Shown in pieces: positions 38,401-46,358 of a stretch of 50,125 bases of DNA. The stretch covers positions 1-50,125 of IMG/VR virus record IMGVR_UViG_3300025120_000087. The stretch is one strand, 5' to 3'. Source of the DNA: a virus (taxonomy: Duplodnaviria > Caudoviricetes). The position numbers and the translations under genes are program-made. Position 1 is the first letter of the stretch. Each line of letters starts with the position of its first letter. The notes beneath the pieces were generated by a model. That model ran no database searches. It had not been told where the DNA came from and saw nothing but the letters and a program-made list of their open reading frames with translations.

Positions 38401-41024
38401 TGTCTACCTTCGACTTTGACGAAACATTAATAGACAAAGGTAAAAACTTTATAATAGCGAGAGAGCCTAACACCGGCAAGCAGGTGAAGATAAGTTCTGG
38501 TAAGTGGCCAATTGAAGGCCCTAAGTATGCTGAGCAAGGTTATACTTTTGATTTTAAAGATTTCGTAAACGTTAGAGGCGGTGTTGAAGGGCCGTTGTTT
38601 AAAAAGTTTAAAGAACGATTAGCTAAGTTTGGTCCAGAAAACATGTTTATACTTACAGCTAGACCGCCTGAAGCTGCAACAGCTATATACGGTTGGCTAA
38701 AATCTAAAGGTGTAGAAATACCATTTAAAAACATAACAGGGCTAGGCAATAGCACTGGAGAAGCAAAAGCTATGTGGATGGTGGAGAAGTTTGCTGAAGG
38801 ATACAACGATATGTACTTCGTGGACGATGCTTTACCTAATGTTAAAGCTGTTAAAAAAGCGCTAGGTCAACTAGACATTAAGTCTGACGTTCAACAAGCT
38901 TTAGCTAGTAAAAATTTAAACTTAGAGTCAAATAAAATACTAGAGTCTACGTTTGGAATTCCAGCGTTGAAAAAGTTTACTAAAGCTGAAGGTAGACAAA
39001 GAGGTAAAGACAAAAAGAGAAGAAGATTTTTTATGCCTGACACAGCTTCTGATTTAGAGTTACTACTAGAACCATTGTACGGTAAAAGCAAAAAAGGTAT
39101 TGAAAACAAAAAGTGGTTTGATGAAAACTTTACTAGAAAATACGAAAGAGGTATAAACGATTTTAATAACGCAAGACAAACTATTACTAATGGTTATTTA
39201 GCATTAAGAAAAGCTAACAAAGATATTGTAAAAAACCTACCTAAAAGCGTAGAAGAAACAAACTTCACTTTAGATCAAGCTTTACGAGTTTATATTTGGA
39301 ATAAAAACGGGTATAATATACCTGATTTAGCAAAAACAACACAAAAAAAGTTAGTTAGTCATGTTATAAAAGATCCTAAGCTTCAAGCTTATGCTGAAAA
39401 GCTAGCTAAGATAACTAAAGTTGAAGGTGGTTTAAAAGAGCCTAGCGCTGAGTGGTGGGGTGAAACTATAGCTACTGAAATTAGCGATTTAGGAAAAGGT
39501 ATTGGCAGAGAGAAGTATTTAGCAGACTTTATACAAGCTAGAAAAGAAATATTCTCAGAAGAAAACTTAAACAAAATGGAAGCTGAGCTAGGCGGTAACT
39601 GGAGAGAGACTATAGAAGACATGTTTAGCCGTATGGAAACTGGTAGAACTAGAAGTGAAAATTTAGGTAAAGGTAGCGCTGCTATAATAAACTACTTAAA
39701 TGGATCTGTTGGTACTATTATGAACTTTAACACTAGGTCAGGTGCGCTACAATTAATATCTAGCGTTAACTTTATAAATCATTCGTTTAACAATCCTTTA
39801 AAAGCTACTCAAGCGTTTTTAAATCAACCACAATACTGGAAAGATTTCATGTATATCATGAACTCTAATATGTTAAAACAAAGACGAGCTGGTCTACAAA
39901 TAAATGTTACAGAGGCTGAGCTAGCTTCAGCTGTTGAAGGGAAACAAAATAAAGCTAAAGCAGCATTAGCACATATATTAAAAGCTGGCTATTTACCTAC
40001 AAAAATAGCAGATAGTTTTGCTATTGCTTCTGGAGGTGCTACTTATTATAGGAATCTTATAAAAAAATACACGAAAGAAGGTATGAGTAAGTCTCAAGCT
40101 GAAAAGCAGGCTTTTATAGATTTCCAAGTTGTAGCTGAAAGAACTCAACAGTCAAGTAGAGCAGATTTATTGTCTAAACAACAAACTTCACTTGAAGGTA
40201 GATTAATATTAGCCTTTTCTAATACGCCTATGCAGATGAACAGAATTATGATGAAAGAAATATTAGATCTGTCTAAAGGTAGATATGAAGGGTCTTTTGG
40301 AGATAATTCATTTACTCATAAAATGAGTAGAATAGCTTACTTTGGTGCCGCGCAGTCAATGATATTTGCAGCTCTTCAATCAGGTCTTTTAGCTTTGATA
40401 ACAAACGAAGATGAAGAAGATACAAACGATACTTTGATTGAAGAAAAGAAAACAATGGCGATTAATACCGTGGCAGATTCGTTTTTAAGAGGCATGGGTA
40501 TTGCTGGCGCTGTGGCTTCAGGCTTAAAAAACGCTGCGTTTGAGTTTGCTAAGCAAAACAAAAAAGACTTTGGGGCTGACTACAGTGAGGTTGCTGAAGA
40601 CCTACTCAACATATCTCCAACTATCGGCTCTAAATTTAGTAAGCTTGATGCGGCTGGTAACACTTACAGCTACAACAAAAAGCTTGTAGAAGCAGAAGGC
40701 TTGACGCTAAATGGTCCTTTAATGCAAGCTACAACTCAAGCTACTGAAGCTTTATTTAATGTACCTACTAATAGAGCTTATAAGAAGTTAAACAACATAA
40801 ACAACGCGCTTACGGGCGGCTACGAAGACTGGCAAAAGCTAATGGTGCTTTTAGGCTGGAGTAATTGGGATGTTGGCGCTGGTACGCCTAGAGTAGTAAA
40901 TAAAGGTAAAGAAAACGAGTATATTAGATATGAAACCGCAGAAGATATAAGAAGAAGAGAAGCTAAATCAATGCTAAGAAGCTCTAAGAAAAAGCCAAAA
41001 ACTACGGTAAGGTTTCGAGATTAA
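32421..41024 (+). CDS. Giant multidomain (polyvalent-type) internal virion protein, 2867 aa
   Basis: HENTH zincin motif (35277), complete HAD motifs (DFDET 38412, LTAR, K, VDD), Gly/Ala-rich hydrophobic stretches, helical C-terminus. Confidence 0.7.
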   Translation: MPQYFYNGQEVGVEELMQSAEGVGLSLEDFISKVALLDEGFEVKPDEPIKQLSAVNVEQPEQPQFDASIMETFVRDSIKEIKSDPEKEKLYDKTRELADLSRRKVEINRNYRLEEDNYPTVVDYDENGLPKQQDVFLPNGNVVSQPVTKKANADQVEDMANFIKIAFDKKFNTLLSSEVSSLKDIQEGQEDAFTDKLDQYKDEVFAEFKKQYPSMNKDFFVQLAGNTYSNGAIAQSLNENISKEEKEQSKQSFLNAKDLDLNYMNSRLGEEYARNYKSDPRFAQKININNKIKANYDQLEKLDPNNPEDIDTINQLETSNKTLMNDIKKLKDIKPSWSNVYTREYDEILDKYGPIAAFVTGPKQMLDSYYKMSDVNAASDELATSYMSFENSKYEYERSTEAKINYNKAFETEFSAFQEGNPTLTKRKAYEQFLKSKLYEEQQVEKFGLETMITIDPSAPSGKRSGRGFRMMADLRNTLVKKGAIERGQEGKIQVSLKDVFNAGYDGRDFDSWFDMEGAVSKEDVEKLLSYESARYRSKAAVSTTYDLLYLNNDPGSLDRSPGAFRLFAETASKATLTHFSDTSPEEAEKIVAGGSERTRSTILDKFEQHAGEYNNFYSEQIGKGELEKLEFSKEQMEALEKSFGEEIGEGVGHFVPMLIELGVLTAATGGVLNVTGGARFLQALKNGTAVKNISTGYQKAMYHGMMAMIEEGKMAVAGFNPGTGAAFYGIGAAAGGIKLKGRFAALDPFFQKVVKAGPVGAVASQTSVVVENAVQDLMDNKDFATEINAHFEDFTFKDIVVESIVFSIVGAQHLKKRDVMSTNKKIDALAEVRLNIDKELKKENPNNDRLNSFRKAEQALDQMVLAETGAVKLDVKSKNFEKDYSNIYIKPIEAALRRLDPNYKGIETRFVEGKETLSEATNDAEFLYKGGKEGKDLIIIDKNAWEPGKSTHENTHALMENYFNRNPELAVRFSTNMAKVFKAANFKTQDGTPLDIAIKKAYELDLRKSKDKVKAAKEYLAYMTEILTNPEVYYREVAPTMFKQMRQEFISIAEENFGYRPKIKNAKQFIELIGRFSQDSRRNLGIEMKATRLADLQEFDFLGIEFMDAQGKVVVNNLASKNLNQKVNKSLAEKTKLIESNKKLFAEGKRESKEFINNTNKIKEINSSIDKARKNIEISNRNEELFKEYEPVEKLFKETQDESASIKRSRLFEQIRENNRGILDNYINKTFQTVQGSKVTKDQFTKYVYNTEFNKLLNSYMNRGSELKNVPFGAYLQLPNTLNLRTGNILKALQQGEAVGRETSLDAMLEKGYDPAMSSEAAGISASTSRAYEANGKRLVEEFSVPQTVVEKIMTEAGKVEVEGFTYKNLKDLAPEFANQMVGVEPKTGNISRGSVENAQKWFSDLKNAQLFIDLLPNGAITEGKAGTKDIFGTATGVENSLLKEFYTKGERAETGPGLPVQSKNSNIEVSKVQEFFGIKEDGTFEYNRNLSAKVKAAVNQIGKAITNQVVRENIKTDPRFDFINKVEEIVNRLEAGKSDALAAKDILGYYKENNIKGEPLADLISLMINPESLKKNNPKKFKALKDIFEEASIKEAQLGREAEIQFTKETKKLPYEWARNGSYQVSQAKFKKNDVLIEKFQNNNFNLASIIPLDAAMILGNGKVMVDLFTGHYGAVRGITQMDKVNSPFKTRLRAELTNGKESPLSKELQERWKNFPWEKLVTSYASEFYTGLKDAYKLKTLKEQREAIFKFANSDKGKLQVELYDLWNSTLQEWAMLETPGKERYNEKMNHIARLKKHNSVIGTTGERILAPAGYYYIPGVSILDKGAVTKDVKKIVKFEHLKSSSEMSYESLALIAEGMWTTKGTQALSKYRGIWGLLKDFDMVDKATGKTNSADIHRMAKSLELAKNIYSVKSGLKETLYSEIVKDVGVKEVNKILNADKTITKQSIKKLKDAGLYYEGTTNVMASKNLKLHDKALENARKKNKEKKGMSTFDFDETLIDKGKNFIIAREPNTGKQVKISSGKWPIEGPKYAEQGYTFDFKDFVNVRGGVEGPLFKKFKERLAKFGPENMFILTARPPEAATAIYGWLKSKGVEIPFKNITGLGNSTGEAKAMWMVEKFAEGYNDMYFVDDALPNVKAVKKALGQLDIKSDVQQALASKNLNLESNKILESTFGIPALKKFTKAEGRQRGKDKKRRRFFMPDTASDLELLLEPLYGKSKKGIENKKWFDENFTRKYERGINDFNNARQTITNGYLALRKANKDIVKNLPKSVEETNFTLDQALRVYIWNKNGYNIPDLAKTTQKKLVSHVIKDPKLQAYAEKLAKITKVEGGLKEPSAEWWGETIATEISDLGKGIGREKYLADFIQARKEIFSEENLNKMEAELGGNWRETIEDMFSRMETGRTRSENLGKGSAAIINYLNGSVGTIMNFNTRSGALQLISSVNFINHSFNNPLKATQAFLNQPQYWKDFMYIMNSNMLKQRRAGLQINVTEAELASAVEGKQNKAKAALAHILKAGYLPTKIADSFAIASGGATYYRNLIKKYTKEGMSKSQAEKQAFIDFQVVAERTQQSSRADLLSKQQTSLEGRLILAFSNTPMQMNRIMMKEILDLSKGRYEGSFGDNSFTHKMSRIAYFGAAQSMIFAALQSGLLALITNEDEEDTNDTLIEEKKTMAINTVADSFLRGMGIAGAVASGLKNAAFEFAKQNKKDFGADYSEVAEDLLNISPTIGSKFSKLDAAGNTYSYNKKLVEAEGLTLNGPLMQATTQATEALFNVPTNRAYKKLNNINNALTGGYEDWQKLMVLLGWSNWDVGAGTPRVVNKGKENEYIRYETAEDIRRREAKSMLRSSKKKPKTTVRFRD

Positions 41025-41054
41025 CTAAGTAAAAAAACAAGTAATATATAGATT

Positions 41055-41414
41055 ATGGCTTATACTCAAAAAAACAACCCACTTGCAGTTACTTCTTGCG
41101 GCAGACGCAGAGCAGGGGGTATAGGCTCTGGCTTTAAAATGTCAGAAGAAGATTCGCCAATGCAAAAGCGATTAAGAAAAACAACTAAGGGTAAGGGTAG
41201 AAACTTTAGAACAGCGAAAGAAGGTGCTGGCATGACTTCTAAGGGAGTTAAAGAGTATAGACGTAAAAACCCAGGTAGTAAGCTAAAAACAGCTGTTACA
41301 GGTAAAGTTAAACCTGGCAGCAAGGCAGCTAAACGTAGAAAATCTTTTTGTGCAAGATCAAAAGGCTGGACGGGCGAAAGAGGTAAAGCTGCTAGACGTA
41401 GATGGAAATGTTAA
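41055..41414 (+). CDS. Basic hypothetical protein
   Basis: K/R-rich; KRRKSFCARS...RRWKC motif recalled from marine phage proteins. Confidence 0.75.
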   Translation: MAYTQKNNPLAVTSCGRRRAGGIGSGFKMSEEDSPMQKRLRKTTKGKGRNFRTAKEGAGMTSKGVKEYRRKNPGSKLKTAVTGKVKPGSKAAKRRKSFCARSKGWTGERGKAARRRWKC

Positions 41415-41424
41415 AAATATAGAT

Positions 41425-41679
41425 ATGGGATACGTAAATGCAGCACAAAGAAAAGCCGTGTGGGCTAGTAAAAAAGATGGTGGTAAAGGAAATCCAAATA
41501 AGAAAAGCCCTAACAAAGCGTTAGGTGTAAAAACAATTGGAGAAAAAAGCCCTATGCTAGGTAAAATTAGCGCTAGTTGTAAAGCTAGAGCTAAAAAGAA
41601 ATTTAAAGTTTGGCCTAGCGCTTACGCTTCAGGTTGGGGTGTAAGATGTACTAGAGGAGATTTTAAAAAGAAAAAGTAA
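41425..41679 (+). CDS. Basic hypothetical protein
   Basis: ORF track gives 41350; ATG 41425 avoids the overlap. Contains KVWPSAYASG. Confidence 0.7.
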   Translation: MGYVNAAQRKAVWASKKDGGKGNPNKKSPNKALGVKTIGEKSPMLGKISASCKARAKKKFKVWPSAYASGWGVRCTRGDFKKKK

Positions 41680-42221
41680 TGTTTAAAGACTTTGACATAT
41701 CTTCGTTCAAAAAGATGAAACCGCCAGGCGACAACACTTTTGATACGATGCAAGAGATCAAAGAACTTGAAAGCATACCGCTAAACAAAAAGTTTGTAAA
41801 AGACAACGACGACATTGAGGCTGCCTTTAAAAAAACAGCTAAAGACAGCGGTGTTAAAGATTATGATTCTAAGGTTGCAGCAAAACTCATAACTGACTCT
41901 GCACCTATTATAATAGAGTTAAAAAAACATTTCAACAGACCAAGACCTAAAACTATAGCTAAGAAAATGAATATCAACATAAAAGATATTGAAATGGACT
42001 CAATGAAAACACCATCATATCCATCAGGACACTCAGTGCAAGGTATATTAATAGCTAAAGCTCTTAGTGATAAATACCCTAAAGCTAAATCGGCGTTTAA
42101 TAAAACCGGCGAAAATATATCTTATAGTAGACGAGTTGCCCACGCTCACTATAAGTCAGATAGTAAAATGGGCGAGAAATTAGGTAACTCAATGTACAAA
42201 CACATTAAAAACAAAATTTAA
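41679..42221 (+). CDS. PAP2 superfamily phosphatase / vanadium haloperoxidase-like protein
   Basis: All three motifs: KKHFNRPRP (Kx6RP), YPSGHS, SRRVAHAHYKSD (SRx5Hx3D). Confidence 0.9.
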   Translation: MFKDFDISSFKKMKPPGDNTFDTMQEIKELESIPLNKKFVKDNDDIEAAFKKTAKDSGVKDYDSKVAAKLITDSAPIIIELKKHFNRPRPKTIAKKMNINIKDIEMDSMKTPSYPSGHSVQGILIAKALSDKYPKAKSAFNKTGENISYSRRVAHAHYKSDSKMGEKLGNSMYKHIKNKI

Positions 42222-42222
42222 A

Positions 42223-42519
42223 ATGAAAAAAGCACCTGCAAAAATGAAAAAAGGTCCAATGAAGATCACTGATGCTCAAAAGACTCTACCGCCGAAATTA
42301 CAAAAAGCTATTGTGGCAAAGGAAAAGAAAGAAGGTAAAGGTAGCATGGCTAAAATGAAAAAAGCAGCTATGAAAATGAAAGAAGAAGAAAAGTCTGTTA
42401 TGGCTATGAAGAAAACAGCTATGAAGATGAAAAAAGAGTCTATGGCTATGATGAAGAAAGCTGCAATGAAAATGAAAAAAGTTTCAGCTATGAAGATGAA
42501 AATGAAGAAGAAAAAGTAA
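42223..42519 (+). CDS. Lys/Met-rich low-complexity protein (histone-H1-like composition)
   Basis: Repeated AMKMKK-type units. Confidence 0.7.
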   Translation: MKKAPAKMKKGPMKITDAQKTLPPKLQKAIVAKEKKEGKGSMAKMKKAAMKMKEEEKSVMAMKKTAMKMKKESMAMMKKAAMKMKKVSAMKMKMKKKK

Positions 42520-42888
42520 ATGTACGACATTAAGTCTAAGTTTAAGAGTAGTCCACTGCCTTGTTGGAGCGGTTACGAAAGAGTGCCTGGAACTGCCAAG
42601 GGTAGCAAAGGTAGCTGTCGTAAGTCTTCGCCTGCAACTAAAAAGCAGAAAGGCGGTGGCACTCGAAAAACTTGTTTACCTGCAGCTAAAATAGCTAGCA
42701 TGAGCAAGAAGGAAAGACAAAGACTTGTTAGCGCTAAACAAAAATCTGGTAAAGCTGGTAAGTACAAAAGGTCTTCAAAAACTAATGTAAAAGGAGCTCG
42801 TAAAAAAGGAGCTACACTGAGAGATTGGTTTAAAAAGGAAGACTGGAGGCAGGTTAACAACCCCAGCAAAAAATGTGGTGAGAAATAA
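42520..42888 (+). CDS. Basic Cys-containing hypothetical protein
   Basis: CWSGYERVPG, CLPAAK and LRDWFKKEDW motifs. Confidence 0.7.
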   Translation: MYDIKSKFKSSPLPCWSGYERVPGTAKGSKGSCRKSSPATKKQKGGGTRKTCLPAAKIASMSKKERQRLVSAKQKSGKAGKYKRSSKTNVKGARKKGATLRDWFKKEDWRQVNNPSKKCGEK

Positions 42889-43163
42889 TGGCTAAAGAAT
42901 TAAACGAAAATACTAGTTTTAAAATTAGTATACAGACTCTAATAGGTATAGGATTTGGTATGGCAACTATTATAAGCATGTGGTTTGTTTTACAAGCTGA
43001 CATTGCTGAAGCTAAAGAGCTTCCAAAACCTGATATAACACGCATGGAGTTTCAAATGAAAGACGAAAACATTAGAAACACTATTATAGAAACTAGAGAT
43101 GACGTCAAGAAGTTAGAAGAGCGTATGATACGCATGGAAGATAAAATTGACGCGCTAAAATAA
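42888..43163 (+). CDS. Single-TM plus coiled-coil membrane protein
   Basis: Hydrophobic ISIQTLIGIGFGMATIISMWFVL, then heptad repeats. Confidence 0.7.
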   Translation: MAKELNENTSFKISIQTLIGIGFGMATIISMWFVLQADIAEAKELPKPDITRMEFQMKDENIRNTIIETRDDVKKLEERMIRMEDKIDALK

Positions 43164-43486
43164 TGAAAACGCTACTAACTACAATACTGCTTTTAATTTG
43201 TGCTACGGCATATTGTCAAATTGAAGCGGTTCACTTTAACGCCGGCTGGAACGACGCTAACGACGTTGAGTGGTTTTCTAAAATAAAAGACTGCGATACT
43301 AAAAGCTTGTTGATAGAAGACGATAACAATCAAAGCAAGCATGAGATCGCAATAGTACCAACAATAGTAATATTTGATGATGGAGAAGAAGTTAAAAGAT
43401 TTCAAGCAGACCTTAGTTTTAAAATGGTCGCAACTAAAGAAGAAGTTAAAGAATATATTGAAGAACTTATAATTAGTAAATTCTAA
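43163..43486 (+). CDS. Exported thioredoxin-fold protein lacking CxxC
   Basis: Signal peptide; VHFNAGWN in place of WCxxC; IVPTIVIFDDGEEVKRF typical of the thioredoxin C-terminal half. Confidence 0.7.
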   Translation: MKTLLTTILLLICATAYCQIEAVHFNAGWNDANDVEWFSKIKDCDTKSLLIEDDNNQSKHEIAIVPTIVIFDDGEEVKRFQADLSFKMVATKEEVKEYIEELIISKF

Positions 43487-45312
43487 TGAAAAATATAGCG
43501 CGATTATATATATTTTTATTTTTTGCGATGCTTGTTTCATGCCTTGCAAACGCTCAGTGTCCCAACGGTACATATCTAGATATTATAATAAATCCAGATC
43601 AATATCCAGAAGAAACTTCTTGGGCTATACTAGATGATAACTTAGATACTATAGTTACTGGTGGACCTTACGATGATATAGTTGATTATTCACCTCAAGT
43701 GACTCAGCTTTGTATACCTAACGGTGATTACGAATTTGTAATAAGTGATGGATATGGTGATGGTATGCAAGGTAGTCTGTGGGGAGGACAAGATGGCTCG
43801 TATTATTTAGTAAGATGTAATGACACAATAGTTGAAATAGATTCAGCTAGCTTTGGTTTTTCTGCTTACCATGGATTTACAGTAGATGATTGCGCGCCGC
43901 CACCGCCAATATACGGCTGCATGGACGACACTTATGTAGAGTTCTTGCCACAAGCCACGCTAGACACGGGTATGTGTTACACTCCAAAGTTATACGGGTG
44001 TACAGACGCAGAAGCCTTTAACTACGATAGCATAGCTAACACAGATATACTAACAGATAGTTGTACTCACACGCTAGAATTAACAGATTTAGCTGGTAAT
44101 GGTTGGGCTGGAGCATACTTACAAGTATTTCAAGGTAATAACTTTTTAGGTATATTTACTTTAGATAACGGTTTTGATACTGCATTTACTTTTGAGTTAA
44201 GCATAATAGAGCCTATTAGTGTTAAGTTTAACATAACACAGCAATCACAGTTTACATCAGTACAATGTGGTTATAGCTTGTATTCTGATGAGCATGTAGC
44301 TATTGATGCGCCAGGAGGTTTTGCTAGTCCTTTAATTCCTTTTGTAATAGTTAATGGTATGCCTTACTGTGGCGATAACTGTATAGAAAAAACTTACGGC
44401 TGTATAGATGAAACAGCTTTAAATTACAATGATAGTGTTAACACAGACGACGGAAGTTGCTACTACATTGCCGGTTGTACGAATCCAAATTACATCGAGT
44501 ACAATGCAGACGCTGACTTTGAAGACGGCTCTTGTTTAACACCAATCGTTTTAGGTTGTATGGATTCTACAGCCTTTAACTATAATCCTGAAGCTAACGT
44601 TGAGCTTGATGGATCTTGTATAGAGGTTGTGTTAGGTTGTATGGACGACGATGCTTTTAACTACAACCCTAACGCAAATGTAGAAGATGGTAGCTGCTTG
44701 CCTGTAGTGTTTGGATGTATTGACCCTACAGCTTTCAACTACTGTGATACGTGTAACACTGATAATGGAGGTTGTATACCAACTATTAACGGTTGTACTG
44801 ATAGTACGGCATTAAACTATAACGAAGTTGCAAACACTGATAATGGCTCTTGTATTTATCCACTGCCTGGTTGTACTGATCCGACCGCTGTTAATTATAA
44901 CGCAGAGGCTAACGTGCCAGACTCTAGCTGCTATTATTCTGCTGATTGCTACGTTGGTGATATATACTATATTCCTAATGCTTGTTTTGAGTGGGTGATA
45001 GAAGTAGATCCGTATTGCTGTGATGATCAATGGGATTATGCCTGCGATGATTTATATGCTTATTGCCAAGACGGTTGGACTGGACCGACAAGCGTAGAGT
45101 CTTTTAATAGACTAGGAGTTTTACCTTATCCTAATCCTTCTACAGGTTTAGTAAGCTTTAACGCTGAGGTTGACGTGCAAGTGTATAGCATAGAAGGTAA
45201 ACTTGTTTACGAAGCTAAAAGCATTATACGGTTAGAGTTAGATAAAGGATTTTACTTAGTTAAAATATCTAAAGATAACTTAAACATAACAACAAAGCTT
45301 ATTGTACAATGA
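43486..45312 (+). CDS. Secreted Cys-repeat protein with a T9SS type A C-terminal sorting domain
   Basis: Signal peptide; nine GC(T/M/I)(D/N) repeat units; C-terminal YPNPSTG...VYSIEGKLV...GFYLVKI...KLIVQ. Confidence 0.85.
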   Translation: MKNIARLYIFLFFAMLVSCLANAQCPNGTYLDIIINPDQYPEETSWAILDDNLDTIVTGGPYDDIVDYSPQVTQLCIPNGDYEFVISDGYGDGMQGSLWGGQDGSYYLVRCNDTIVEIDSASFGFSAYHGFTVDDCAPPPPIYGCMDDTYVEFLPQATLDTGMCYTPKLYGCTDAEAFNYDSIANTDILTDSCTHTLELTDLAGNGWAGAYLQVFQGNNFLGIFTLDNGFDTAFTFELSIIEPISVKFNITQQSQFTSVQCGYSLYSDEHVAIDAPGGFASPLIPFVIVNGMPYCGDNCIEKTYGCIDETALNYNDSVNTDDGSCYYIAGCTNPNYIEYNADADFEDGSCLTPIVLGCMDSTAFNYNPEANVELDGSCIEVVLGCMDDDAFNYNPNANVEDGSCLPVVFGCIDPTAFNYCDTCNTDNGGCIPTINGCTDSTALNYNEVANTDNGSCIYPLPGCTDPTAVNYNAEANVPDSSCYYSADCYVGDIYYIPNACFEWVIEVDPYCCDDQWDYACDDLYAYCQDGWTGPTSVESFNRLGVLPYPNPSTGLVSFNAEVDVQVYSIEGKLVYEAKSIIRLELDKGFYLVKISKDNLNITTKLIVQ

Positions 45313-46349
45313 GATATATAGCAATATTAATATTATTCTTAGCTTCTTGTGCAGCACCTAAAAAGTGTTGTTCACAAATTAAAAAAGCGTTTAAGTTTTC
45401 TACATTTTACGTAGCTGCAAATGGCGGTACTTCTTTATCAGATGAAGATATATATTCTGTAGACGGTAGTACGCTTGTATACGACACTATATTTACTCCG
45501 TACGATTACTCATTAACTATGGGTATACGTAGAATAAAAAGATTTGGCTACGAAGGATCAACGCCATTTAAAGATGGTACAGAAACATCGTTCTCAGACG
45601 CGGCTAGTATTGGTAGATCACCGTTTGAATACTTATTTGAAGTAGATTACAAAAGACAAGAAGGTATAGAGTACTTTGACCAAACGCATTTCTTGCGTTA
45701 TGTAAAAGATAATTGGCTAGCTAAAGCCGAATACATTAAAGATGGTTTTGCAGACATTGAATACTTTGAATCTTCACAGAGACTTAGAGTAGGTAAAGGT
45801 AAATTATCGTTTAACCTTGGAGCCGTACAAAGGCTTGCTGAGCCTTATGGCTATGATCCACTCGAAGAGTGGTCGTTTGACAACAATAGAATACATTACA
45901 CATGTTTAGCTATTGAAGAAGGTTACAGCGTAGATGTTTACGAATCTGAGTATAAAAATCCTAACGGAGACGTCGTAGCTACTAGCTCAGAGGTATGGAA
46001 TCAAGTAGTCATGCCTGGTATACTAAAAGACTTTGTAGAAGACAAACGTAAAGAGTTAAATAACCAATGGCAGCATTCTGTTGTTGTAGGTTTTGATTTT
46101 TATCATTACAAGAAAAACTTTTGGCTACATAGCTGGGGTAACTTAATGCCTTATCATTACAACGATGGTGGAGAGTTTTCTTACCACAACTTTAACGACG
46201 GAGAGCAATGGTATGATTATTCTGGAGGTTTAATATTTGGTTATAAGCTAAACAAAAACTTGGGATGCTTTATAGAGGGCAAATACAACAAGTACTGGAG
46301 CAAAGAGTGGTACGACTTTAAGTGTGGTATTAACTATGTAATCTTTTAA
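45309..46349 (+). CDS. Putative outer-membrane (beta-barrel-like) or lipoprotein
   Basis: Signal peptide with a LASC lipobox-like site; aromatic alternating strands; ends FKCGINYVIF. Confidence 0.55.
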   Translation: MRYIAILILFLASCAAPKKCCSQIKKAFKFSTFYVAANGGTSLSDEDIYSVDGSTLVYDTIFTPYDYSLTMGIRRIKRFGYEGSTPFKDGTETSFSDAASIGRSPFEYLFEVDYKRQEGIEYFDQTHFLRYVKDNWLAKAEYIKDGFADIEYFESSQRLRVGKGKLSFNLGAVQRLAEPYGYDPLEEWSFDNNRIHYTCLAIEEGYSVDVYESEYKNPNGDVVATSSEVWNQVVMPGILKDFVEDKRKELNNQWQHSVVVGFDFYHYKKNFWLHSWGNLMPYHYNDGGEFSYHNFNDGEQWYDYSGGLIFGYKLNKNLGCFIEGKYNKYWSKEWYDFKCGINYVIF

Positions 46350-46358
46350 ACGTATAAT

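Noticed and set aside
38409-38429. DFDETL as the catalytic DxDxD motif of a crAss-like virion RNA polymerase
   Set aside because: The third Asp is missing and downstream LTAR/K/DD motifs fit a HAD phosphatase.
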